DNA of 64,000 nt from Podarcis erhardii (Eukaryota), in the NCBI GenBank assembly GCA_964252035.1, contig OZ176201.1; one strand, 5' to 3'. Of the stretch, positions 22,359 through 34,300 are shown piece by piece. The notes beneath the pieces are model-generated. The model saw nothing but the letters and a program-made list of their open reading frames with translations. It had not been told where the DNA came from and did not search any database. Numbering within the stretch: the stretch's first letter is position 1; the number at the start of each line of letters is the position of its first letter. The position numbers and the translations under genes were made by a program.

Positions 22359-25300
22359 CTATTGAAGCCAAGGAAGAGGGTGTCAATATCAGCCCACACC
22401 TACTGAAACGGCATAAAAACTGATCCATTAAAGTCTTCTTGGCCACTCCTCATAAATACAACTGGGCAGATGCATTCACTTCAGAAGGATGAAATGAGTG
22501 TGCACAAATCTACGTCCTGACAGAATCGCCGTTACACCCAGCAGGTGGCACCCATGAAGTGAATGGCATTTTCCTTTTGCGTAAAGGCTAAGGCAACAAA
22601 GGCACCTCATGAACAAGGAGAAATAGTATGAAGAACGAGGAAAGAAGCACATGCTGGCAAAAAAGACCGGATGACTTGGGTAAGCTCTTGAATCAGTAAT
22701 GAAACCCAAATCAAGAGATAGGGTGATAAATGCAAGTGTTATATAAAAGAAATCCATCTTTTTAGCAGCAACACTGTATTGAATATGTTCTACAAGATCC
22801 TTTCCATAGCATATGCCAGTATTAAGCAAGGCCCCTGTGAACTCTGCAATCAGAAATTTGTGCCCAACCTGGCAGTGTAGATTGTCAATCACAACCAGAA
22901 TGCTGAAAGTGATAAGGATTAAGTGAATTCTAGGATCTAGAAGTCACTGTCAGTCTAGTCATTGTCAGTCTTAGTTTGTGGAGGCTTCAGTACACTGCAT
23001 ACCTGAACGAAGAAGGAACAATTTCTAAAGAATTGCCCCAACACTTTGATCAGCCATTGAGGTACCTACAAATTCTCTGAAAGTCCTCTGGCTTTTTGGT
23101 TCAAAATGAAAACTGAAGTTTCCTTTCACAAGAATGGGAATGAAATTTGCCTCAGTCTCTTCCCTTCAAATATACGTGTGTTGGATGGGAAACCACTGTT
23201 CGCCTTTTTTAAAAAACAAACAAACTATTAAGCACTCTGCAAGTTATGGGGACAGTGCAAAAGGAAGTCCCTTCCTTTACAACCAAATAATAAAATTTCA
23301 GTGGCAAAGGAATAAAAACTCTGCCAACCTAAGTGGATTTGGAAAACAGCTTGCACAAATCTGATGGTAAGAAGAACAGTTTCAAAGGATCCATCCATAC
23401 TTCATTCAAGCCTTGTGGAAGCAATCCTAAATTCAATATTACAGCAGCCAAAATTAAGCTACTCAGCTCTGTCTAATGTTTGGACTGACAACAAATAGCC
23501 TGTTTACATAGTTTTGACCCTTGAAAGAATTGGGACTATTCTTTTGATGCACAGTTCATAGGGACCTGTTATTAAGTCAAACTGCAGCAGCGGTGATGTT
23601 TTGACATGCAACAAGAGGTTAATCATTACAGACAAAGACCTTGATAGTGGACTGGATTCTACAGTTCTTCACTCAGAGGAAATTTTTACCCACTTTAGTT
23701 GCTAAAATGTTGATCTTTGCTGCCTGACCCATTTCAATTCCCTGCCGCCACCGCCACCGCCACCACCACCACCACCACCATGTGAAGTGGGGTAAGCTAG
23801 CTGAAAAATTCCCACAGAGTACAAAGTACAGGCACTCTACATCTCTGCTGTGGTCCTGCCTTTGTTTTAACACACTCTCAAGACAAGCAGAAGCATCCCG
23901 TTAGGAGGACCCAGTGTGAACTCTTCATTCAAGGTGGTTCAGAAGAGAATCCTCTCGCTCATTCGAAATTATGAACAGCTGGATTATCCAGATGATCTGA
24001 CCCATGTGGATAATCAGTTTGCTAATGTAATTAACAAAGTAAAGGGCTATGGAATCAAATGAACACAAAAGCAGCAGGGAGAAGAGAAATAAGGTAGTGA
24101 GAGATTAGTGTAATGTGGAGTTATAACAATGGCGGGGAGAAGGAGAGAGCCCAATAATAGGATCTAAGCAACAAGAATTCAGTCTGACCGAAAAGCAAAA
24201 GGAACAGCCTCTACAGGTTGGCAACAAGCTACAGATTGTCTACACGCACACGCACACACACGCACACACTTCATTTTGTTCTGCTGAAGCTCCTATCGTC
24301 AAGACAAAAAGATCAATCAATGGATAAGCTTTAGAACTGCTGCTCTCACAGGCATCCATTCATTTTCTATCCATGCAATCATTTAGAAGTCTCCTGTAAA
24401 GAGTCTAGAGGCACAGTTTCATCTTCATTGTCAGTTTGAAAATGTTTTTTTAATCTTTGGCTGCTTGTGGGAAAGGGACGAGAGTAAAAGGATGCATTAA
24501 TGCTCTGCTCTAATCATACTTAAATTAGGCAATTAAAAGACAATATTAGCCTAACTTTTCACAGTACTGGATACTGGTGTGTGATTGAGTTTTATTGCTC
24601 TATCCAGTTTTAATTTATTTTAAGGTTTATAGCTGTGAAAATGTTTGATCCGATTTCTGCTAAGATACAAGGAGTCTGTGAGTGATAAGAAACCTTTCAT
24701 TTATATCCTCCTCAGGGAAATGGACTTGCTGAAAGTGTTGGAAGGCATGTTATTTAAAGTTCTAGTTCTGCAACAACACTTCTTGCAGGCTCTCAACTAT
24801 TTAAAAAAGACTCACATGTTTTGTTGCAATAGGGTACTGTAATTGCTCAGGAATGCAGGTCTTATATAAGACACAACACTCAATTCTAACTTTTACTAGC
24901 AAACATGTAATAATCTTGTGATTAGCAGAACTAAGGCCCCCTTCAGATGTGGCATTTCTCCTATACTTGGTACAATTCCAAATTGGTTAAGATTCAATGG
25001 CCTGGTTCGTAAATCACGGCAAGCCAAAGACAGTAAGCTTATGGAGACTATGCAAATTTGTGGATTGCCAGAGAGAAGCTAGCAGCTGCTCAACTCCTCC
25101 CAAATGTAGGGGTTGTGTACCCCTACATCAGATTTTTAAAATTATTGTCTGTTTGGTTGTACGTCACTTTGGGCTGCCCTGGACAAGATAAAGTGACTAA
25201 TGAATTTAATAAATAAAAATTAATAAAATGCTAAGCCAAAGTTTGGCTGAGCATGTCACCCAAGCTCAGGTTGGTCGACAAGTTCTTCTTCGCTAACCAT

Positions 25301-28300
25301 GAGTTGTACGGGATTTTCTTGGCCAAAGTTCATGGTTATAGTAAGGAGAGGGCTTAAGCACAAGTCCAGGTTTAGATAATGCACTAAGCTAAAACTTAGC
25401 TTAGAAGCAGAAGCCTGCGTATTTGAGTAGTCCTGGTAAGTCACTGCTTGGTTTACAGACATATACACCAGGCTAGTGAATTAGCAGAAAAACAGAAGGC
25501 TAAACAAGGCATGTACTCTGTCCTTTACTGGGAGATGATTTCCAAGCGAGAAAAAAATGCCACATGAAGGACCTTAAGTATTCCAGTACCACACTGTAGG
25601 TTACCCTGCAAATATACCGTCTGGTCTACCGACAGTTATGGAGCAATTCTAGTGAAGTACTACAATTTTTCGGGGGGGGGGGGGGAGAAATAGTTTTAAT
25701 TAATTTGAAGTATACCTACTACTACGGTTATCTGCAAGGTAGAAGGAAATAAAGTGCTGAAAGACATGAAAAGCCACCCAATTTGATGTACCCACAGGAG
25801 TGAATCCAAACCCACCCGCCAAGCTGGTGTCTCGTGAGAATGGACTCACCCAGTGCTGCTTTCCAACGAGAAGGAGACGAGCAGCTACTTGCCATGGTGT
25901 TCGAAAGGAATGCTATTCTGAGGTGGGGGGAAAAGACAGCCATTTGTAACAATTCCACTGCCCAATATATAATTCCCAGCTATGATTCTAACTGGAGCTG
26001 CTCTGAATTTGGAATGGTTCTTGATTCAGAGGCCTCGCAGACATTGATTCTTCAGCGATTTGAAAGCCCCTACAAAGCTGACAACTTCCTGACTTTAAGG
26101 TATGTGTTTTCAACAACTAGTGGTTTAAAGAAAGGCTGCTTCAGCAGCAGGTGGCAACCAACAGTTTTTGGAGATGCTTTTTGTTCCAGTAACTCTCAGC
26201 TCAAAAGCATCACCATCATGTTAACTGTTTATCGCCAGCACTGGCCACTGATTCAAAAAACATTTTCCTGTGTCACAGCGACTACTCTGCACAGTATTTC
26301 AAAACTCTCTGCAATGGAAGAGAACCCTCATCTCATTAGCACTAAAGTGTGTACCAGCTCAATCTGAAGCCTTCTGGCTGTGATCCACAAACAAGCATAT
26401 GGGCACAACTTTGAGAGTTAAAGCAGCCAGCCTTTTACACTCTCTCCATGACAGCACACAACTTAGATCTTGCAGGCTTACTAACCTTACAGATTCACCA
26501 CATCTGTGTGTGTAACACTGGCAATTCAAAAGAATCTCATATTCTCAGGGAAACAGGTTTGATGTACAACACATTTCTAAAGCTAATAAATGCCAAGTTT
26601 TTCATTCAATCTGGTCAAGTAGAGTTAGTAGGGATCACAGCTTCCTGATTCAAGTCTATTCCCCCCAGTGGTTCTCAATGCCCCCTTTCCTTTACACACG
26701 GAGCAATTAACACATGTTCACGCTTATACACACACCAACACTTAACAGCTGGAGGTGGAGCTTATCTATGTAAAAAAGAAAGGAGGGGGAGAGAAAGGCC
26801 CTCTTACTTTGGGGGCAATCACTGCAACATCAGAAGAAACATTCAGTTTAAGCCTTAAATGCCCTCTACCCATCTCCAAATACGTAAAGCTAAATTCAGC
26901 AAAACTGCAGCAAAGGTTTTTGTTGCAGTCTAAGCCATCTAGAAGTGAGAGGGTCAACTGTTTATTCATAGAAGGCACATCAGCACTTCCCATCCTTCAG
27001 AAGATGGCCAAGCTTGAAAGCCATTACATTCTTCCAAAATGAGTTTGTAAAAGGCACAATGCCATTCAGGTAGCAAAAGGGAAATCTGTGTACATGATAA
27101 TCAAGAATGTGACCAATTTTGTTTTCTAACCAGTGCAAGCCCCTGCATCTTTCCCATGGTAATGGAAAAGGACAACCAGAATTCCCAAAAGAACAGAACC
27201 TCTGAACATGTTTGGGAAAACTTGTGTTTGAAATGATGAGAGAAAGATTAGAACACACCTGATGAATCAAATGTTACATCATTTAATTAAAGGCCCGCTT
27301 TTACAGAAGAATGTGAAGTAAAAGGAATGGCTAAGGGAAGACATCCAAACACCACTACCTATATAGCAGCACTACATGTACATAATGAGCAAATAAAGTT
27401 CATTGATTAAGAAAAAGCAATACTTAGGATATGGATCAATTCACAGAACTGTCAGCTGAAATTCCCTTAGGAGCAAGGGGCCATTAGGCCACGTGCACTA
27501 CCACCACATGTGCTATGATATGCTATGGCATGCAGATTTACAGTTGCAACTGTTCCGTCTATGGTGGTGTGCATACAGTTGCATGCACAAATATAGAATC
27601 ATATGAGTATGATGGGGACTGTCCCTGCAGCTTCACTACACACAAAACTGTTGGCTAGCAATTCATTAAAACAGACTTTAGGCCAAGAGTGAGAATCTAA
27701 TTTCATGCAGGAGAGGAGAAAAGATAGACTGGTGGTTGGGAAGCCAAAAGAGATGAAGCAATGGAGAGGGTAGAGAAGCCCTTGGTAAGCAATTCGTTCA
27801 GACCACTAGCCAAAGAGGGAAAATTGTCGAGAAGGGGCAAGGAGAAGAGAAGCTGAAATGGAGAGCCATGGAGGAGAAGAAGCCATCTAAAGCTATCAGT
27901 TCAAACCTTTGGCAATAGTGATCTGTCCTTCTCCAGCCAGCCTGCTAATGTGGGAGAAAAGTGGGTGGCCTGTTTACTTTTGGCTTTGGTCTTGTCCACT
28001 GCCATCATGTTGCCCACCTCCAGATTAATCAGAAGGGAATGTGGCCAGTTCTTCAACAACAAAAGGGAATACGGCCCACCCCTGCACATTAGATAATAGA
28101 CCTATGAATCCAAGTATGTGTCAAGACTATTCTCGAGTGATCCAGAGGGAGCAGTCCTCTTTTTGTATTTTCTCAAAAGGCAGAGCCTCTGTAGTCCATT
28201 TTTTGTTAAAGTGATAAACTTGTGTGTGGGTTGTACCTCTTCAGATCACAAATGGGGGCTTACATTAACAAAATACTCCTTCATACAAGAGATTCACTTC

Positions 28301-31300
28301 ATATGTAGAAGTAGGTCAGGGAAAAGGCTAGAACCCTTCCACCAAACATCTAGCTTTCCATGTGGAAAGATTTGAGAGGTATGTGTACTGAGGAACTTTT
28401 GGTCATCAGTGACCCCAACAGTAGTCTGGAGGTATGCATATGATTGAGGTAGGGTTTTCTTGCCAAATGTCTGACAGAATGCCAACCATTTTCAGATTTA
28501 GACATACCTTTTGTATTTTGTGAATATTGTGTATCCAATATTCTCCTCCCAACCACTATGATTTTGAAGGTGGAAAAACTGATTGCACTTCTGCATTGCA
28601 GCCTGGCTTTCCTTCTATTCATCCTCTAGGGAAGGCTTTTGCCCACCCTACTTTATGACTCTCTAACTTTAGCAACCCAGCATGAACCACAACATTAGTC
28701 TTTAGTGGCTCTCCATTTGATCTCTTATATGGCCACTAAGTATGGAATCGTGTCACTTGGCCCACAACCACCTACCATACCAACTGGAAGGAATTTTTGG
28801 CAGAGGCCAAAGCATGAATCTGGTCAATGTAGAGGACCTAGAAGTTTAGCAGTTTTATTTAATACTGTACAGTAGAATTCAAACATTTGAGAAGAAAATT
28901 GTCCCTCTTAAATCACTTCTCTGATCATTATTAACTCTTCTTTCTTCGCCATCTTCTGCCTTTTGTCTCATTTGCTCTTCTTTCTGCCTTTCTTTCTCTG
29001 CAGCAACTTCAAATTCTCAGCTCCCCGCAGGCTCCACACACAACCCATCCCCTGGTGTACCTGCTAGAGTGGTCACCAAGGAAATAGTTAAAGATATCAT
29101 TACTGGGATTTAATGCTGACAGATGAAATATTACAGGGGTGCCAGATAGGAATTCACATAATTTAATGTTTGAGATGCTTTGGAGCTGTGGAAGAGGCTA
29201 TCGTGCTTGGATTGTAACTATGAAAAATTTCTCTCTCTCTCTCTCTCTATATATATATCTGACTGCTCTCATGGCAACATAAGCATAGTAAGTAGGTTGT
29301 ATTATACCTACTGCAAAAATTGTGATTTGTTAGGAAAGCAGGGTCTTCATGACTAAGGGAAACTCTCTAAAAGTGGTAGCAAAGACATTTAGCCAAAGAA
29401 ATTAGTACTAAAGTGGAAATCTTCAAAGGAAAGAAGACAGCTAGACCTTTAATCTTTCAGTGTGTCAGCACACAGAGATTTGCAGAAAGGGACGAAACAC
29501 ATTTGTATACTGTAGTTCTGTTAAGGGACTAGCCAACCTGTGCTTTGTTGCTGCTAAACCTCTACACCACAATGCTGAACTCCCCGCCCCTACAGGCTAC
29601 CATGCACAGCACTATAGTATAGCATGGGGAAAGCAGTTCAAGCCAGTAACCAGGAAGGATGCATAGGCAGACAACTGATGTGAAATTACTGGCGGGGAGC
29701 CAGAAGCATAGCCAGTTTTCTGCTGATAGATGTTACAGTGGCAAAGGAAGTGTGGGCTGGTACCATTTGCTACTTAGCAGGGGCAACTCTCACTCACCGT
29801 AGGAAAGTGGCAAATTTCAAAAGTGCAGCCAATTTCATTGAAGAAACAACTGCACTACACTCCGTACATTTTCATTTCCAAACTCAAAAGCCTAAAGTTT
29901 GACTAGAAGGATATTTTTGAAACAGTATTTAAAAGCTATTGTGATAGGCCAATCTCTTTTCGTTCAGGAAGTGCTTGATTCCATACTCTTAATCTTCATT
30001 CTCTTTTGCAAGAGTCTGAATAGAAAAAGTAGGTCACAGAAATTTCATACATTTGTGACTTAGCAAAGAGGGTCATTTGTAATTGCATCAAGTACGCAGT
30101 GTAATGCTCCACTGCATTATGATCACCATTTTGTGAAGCACCTTGCTCAGTTTTGGAAAAAAATAGTTGCACATTACAGATTATTCAAACAATTTCTTAT
30201 GAAATACGTGCCCTTTGCTATGAAGAATGAGGTATGTGCGAGAAGGCTTATATACCAAGATACTTCATTTTGTAGCAGACAAGGATCATATCCCAAGGAA
30301 CATCAGTGCCATCAGACTAATCATCCTCCGAAGTTTTTATAGTCAGCGGAAGTTAACATGATCTACTACAAGAAATTGGGAGTGGATCCTTTTTGGCTTG
30401 AATTCCACTGTTTAACCCACAACTACTTCTTACATATATGGAGAAGTAGCACCCCGTTGTCCAGTTAAGTACAAGGAAGGGCAAAGGCAGCAAAGCAGTT
30501 GGAGAGGGCTACAGCTAGTAGAAGGGAATTTACCTTCATCAGTTTGGAATTTATCTACTTGGATTTTCACTTTTGGGATTCTTAACATTTAATGAGCCAG
30601 GTTTCCAAGATATTTATATTTACAAGATGAACCAACTGAAGTTTTAGTCTTGTTTGGCTCATAACCTGTCAGGTGTTTTTGGAACGAGGTCCTGAGAACA
30701 GAATGAGCAGTCGTCTCATCCTGAAATACTGTGAATATGTTTAAAGTATGTTTCTGAACCAGTTGTTAAGCTTTTAAATAAACTATTTTACTTTAAACAA
30801 GTAAACAAAAAAAAAGTAATCAAACTGCACTAAATTCATGAGCTGGTAGAACGATTACACACTCATGAATGACACATTTTTTGTAATTGGTCCTAGGATC
30901 TCTGCTGGAGTGGTACAGAAATATTTTAAACTACTTTTTACTCACTTAACACAGCCAAGGCAAACTTCACAGTTCCACACCCATTTTTTATAAGGCAGTC
31001 ATTTCAGATGAAAACGACCAATTATATGTGCAATGCAAACCATCATCACAAACAAGAGAGCTAGGAAAGAGACACACTGATCTAGACAAGACTTATTGGA
31101 CGTTTACTGCCTTCTAAGTTCAATGATCAAAACCAACAAGATTTGCAGATATTAGATGCAATTCATTCTGCTTTTCAGTGGCCCTGATGTAAAGGAAAGC
31201 AAGCAACTACACCTCAGAGTCTAAAAGTGCTTTATTCCAGGTCATTTAAGTTGTTAAAATACGCACTTTCTTCCTCTTCTTTCGAGGTCTGCTGGAGCTT

Positions 31301-34300
31301 GGCTTTACAGATGGAAGATAAAAGAGATAGTCTCAAAACTCCAAAAGGTTTATTTTTTCTTCTTCAAAATTATCAAGTCTGCAATACACCCACAGGACAC
31401 ACTCATTTAAATCCTAGAGAGAAACATCTTCCCCAGCTCCATCCCAGCATGCAATGTCAGGATCTTAGAGTAGGGATCAAGGAGATCTTATCCACTGTGA
31501 ATCTGGCCAGTGTATATTGAATGAAGGGGGAAATAGGCTTTATACACCTCTTATTCATGTCCTGGAGTAGACATTTGTTGGATATTAACAAGAGGAAAAA
31601 GAGATTCAGAGACTTGTTCAAAAAGCTGCCATCTGTTTTGCCTAAGACTGGAGATAGCATTCAAATCAAGCAAAAGTATGGCATTAAGAATGTATTTATA
31701 ATCAGTATGACAAAGAATGCCTATTAGGTACAGACTCTGGGCTTCCAGAAAATCTTACTTGTGTTGTTTAAGGACTGGATCTTTGATTTTGAAGCCTCAG
31801 TATATAGTATAAGAAACTTTAATCCCTTTATTGCAAACACTAGTGATGGGTGACAAAATTTGTGCTCCTATGGAGTTGAAACTTGAAATTCCATATTATT
31901 CTACATTAAAGACTGTCTTCCCAAAAGGTTTTTGCTCTTTGTATCAGATACTATTTAGCATTTGAGGAATTGTGATGGTTCTGAACTAGAGTCAAACTAC
32001 ATACCTTTAGCAGTAACTATTGGTCATAGACAAAAGTTTATGATAGTTTTGATATAACAACAGCAAAAAACCCAGAAGTTTTATTTACTTTTGTGAAGTA
32101 AACAAATAACATTTCTATGCATCTTTACTCAAAAACCAAGTCCCAATGTGGTCAATGGAACTCACTATAGCCATGATGTAAAACAATCAATCTCTCTTTT
32201 TTCTTACTGCAACAGTTAATCCAAACTAACCATAATCAACACATTTCCTCCTTTATACTTTTTACAAAAAAAGTTTTAACCCTCAATTATCTTTCCAACA
32301 AACAGGCACCACTGGTTTGAGATTTTTCTATTTTTAAAGCTACTAAAAGCTCCTGTGTCATCTGCTGCCTTTGTCTAACATTTGTGACTGTTTGAGTTTT
32401 GATGCTTGGTGCTCTAAACACCAACTGCAACATCCACATTTATGTCCTGTTCAGCTTTGGAACCTTTTGCTCCTTTAGCATTTCTTCAACTGACACAAAG
32501 TCAAAGATCAATTTGCCAATGCCTTCAAATGGCTCTTCTCCTGATCTGGCCTTTCCAAAATTTTAGTGTGTTCTCTGGTTCTCACACATACACCCTTCTC
32601 TTAGAATCAAACCTGAACAATATCACTGTTCAGAAATTCACAACTGGTTTTTTAGCTACTATTTTGGAATGAGAAAGCCTAGAGTCCCCTGCTGTGGCTT
32701 TCATGAGACAAAGCTTCATTTTGTAAAGTACTGTAGGACTTGCATGAAATCCAAGCCTTTTTTGGTTGTGTGTCACACATATTGTGAGGGAATCTACAAT
32801 GGAATAAGAAACTGGAATGTTTCAAGCTGCAAATGTTAGTGAATATCCTCTCTTCAGGCACCAAACATTTTCCTTCTGTTTGGAAACAAACAAAAAAATG
32901 ACCAACAAAATGGAGTCAATTGTCATTCCACTGCACAACCATGCAGGATATGCATTTATCTTCCAAAAATACTCTTCCTTTTATACAACATTAATTTACA
33001 CTTACAGCCTGTTATGTGAGCTGTGCTGTAATTCAACTGAAATATTCTGAACATATGCCACAGGTTATTAAAATAAACCAGTAATGCATGCTGTAGGCAA
33101 AACGTTACAATCTGCAATTAGCTGTCCCATGGTCAAGAAGGTTGCTTACTGCAGTCAGGTACAGACTCATTCACAACAACTAGTCTAGTTTAGCTCCATA
33201 CTTTCAACAAGGATGCATGCCCAGGGCTAATTTGGAAATCATTTTTTACTTCTAGCTTTAGTAAATTCTACAAGAAAAGAAAATCAAAGTAGTATGAATA
33301 GTACCATCACCTAACAAAGTAATACAAAAAAATGCAAGACAGATCATTCCTCTTTCAACCTCATATTTCACAGGCATAACAATTTCAGTGCTACAGTAGC
33401 TTTAAGCACACTCCTCTTATACCGGATATGATTACAGATGGTCACTTATACCAGACAGAAGCTGGTAGCTATTTTCCATAAATGGCAATTTATTTGAAAA
33501 TACAGCTCAAGCCATGTCAAAATTGCCAAATGGGTGCAACTTTGCAACTAGACACTACAGAACAAAGGACTGATGACTAAGGCTACAATTTACATTGCCC
33601 ATGTGTAATATTGGACAAATTGAGTCTGTACTAAGGATAAAAGGAGAGCACTTATTGATCCTTCTTCGGCATGAAATGTAACAAGTAATAGCTTTGATTC
33701 ATTTGCACAAGGCTTCTGAGATCTGCAGTGGTTAGAAGAAAACATGACATTTAAGTCAGTTGATGATTCACATAGTATAGTAAAAGTCACTGATATTTCC
33801 ATGGCTGTTAAAAGTCTGTATCCTGCAAATACACAAATATCCAAAAAGGCATTAAACAAGGGAGGTACCCAGCCCTCAATTTTAATAACCTATACAACAC
33901 CCTCCTTCACACTTAAACTTCAAGGTCAGAAAGCTAAGTACTTCACAAGTAGCGGTTCTTCAGCTAATTCAGATCAACTAAGAGAATGGCATGTCTAAAC
34001 ATAATTGTGAGACGATCTATCCTACTCAAAGAGTATTTTTACTCTGATCTTGTCAAAGGACATTACTGAGCTCCTAGTCTTTTCCCCATAAAAAAAATAA
34101 GAACTGTTTTGTACCTGTGAGGTTGACATGCGTGAGGTATCTTGTCGGCCTGTTAAATCAGACGAGGAGATATTGACAGGGGCCCCACGATGCAATCGCA
34201 TACTCACTTTCCGTTCTCTCTCCATTCCAGACACTGGCCGAGGAGATGTGTTTGCTGACCAAAATAAAAAGTAAAACTTAATTTTGTGCCTGTATTTACT

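Noticed and set aside
25834-26367. 177-aa antisense ORF over the delta2 cassette exon
   Set aside because: Longest unexplained ORF but no motif, splice or promoter support; compatible with chance. Stranded RNA-seq could revive it.
34022-34114. Read-through of the exon 8 donor giving a 30-aa tail VQNSSYFF...
   Set aside because: The donor is canonical, the extension has intron-like composition, and only a weak ATTAAA lies nearby.
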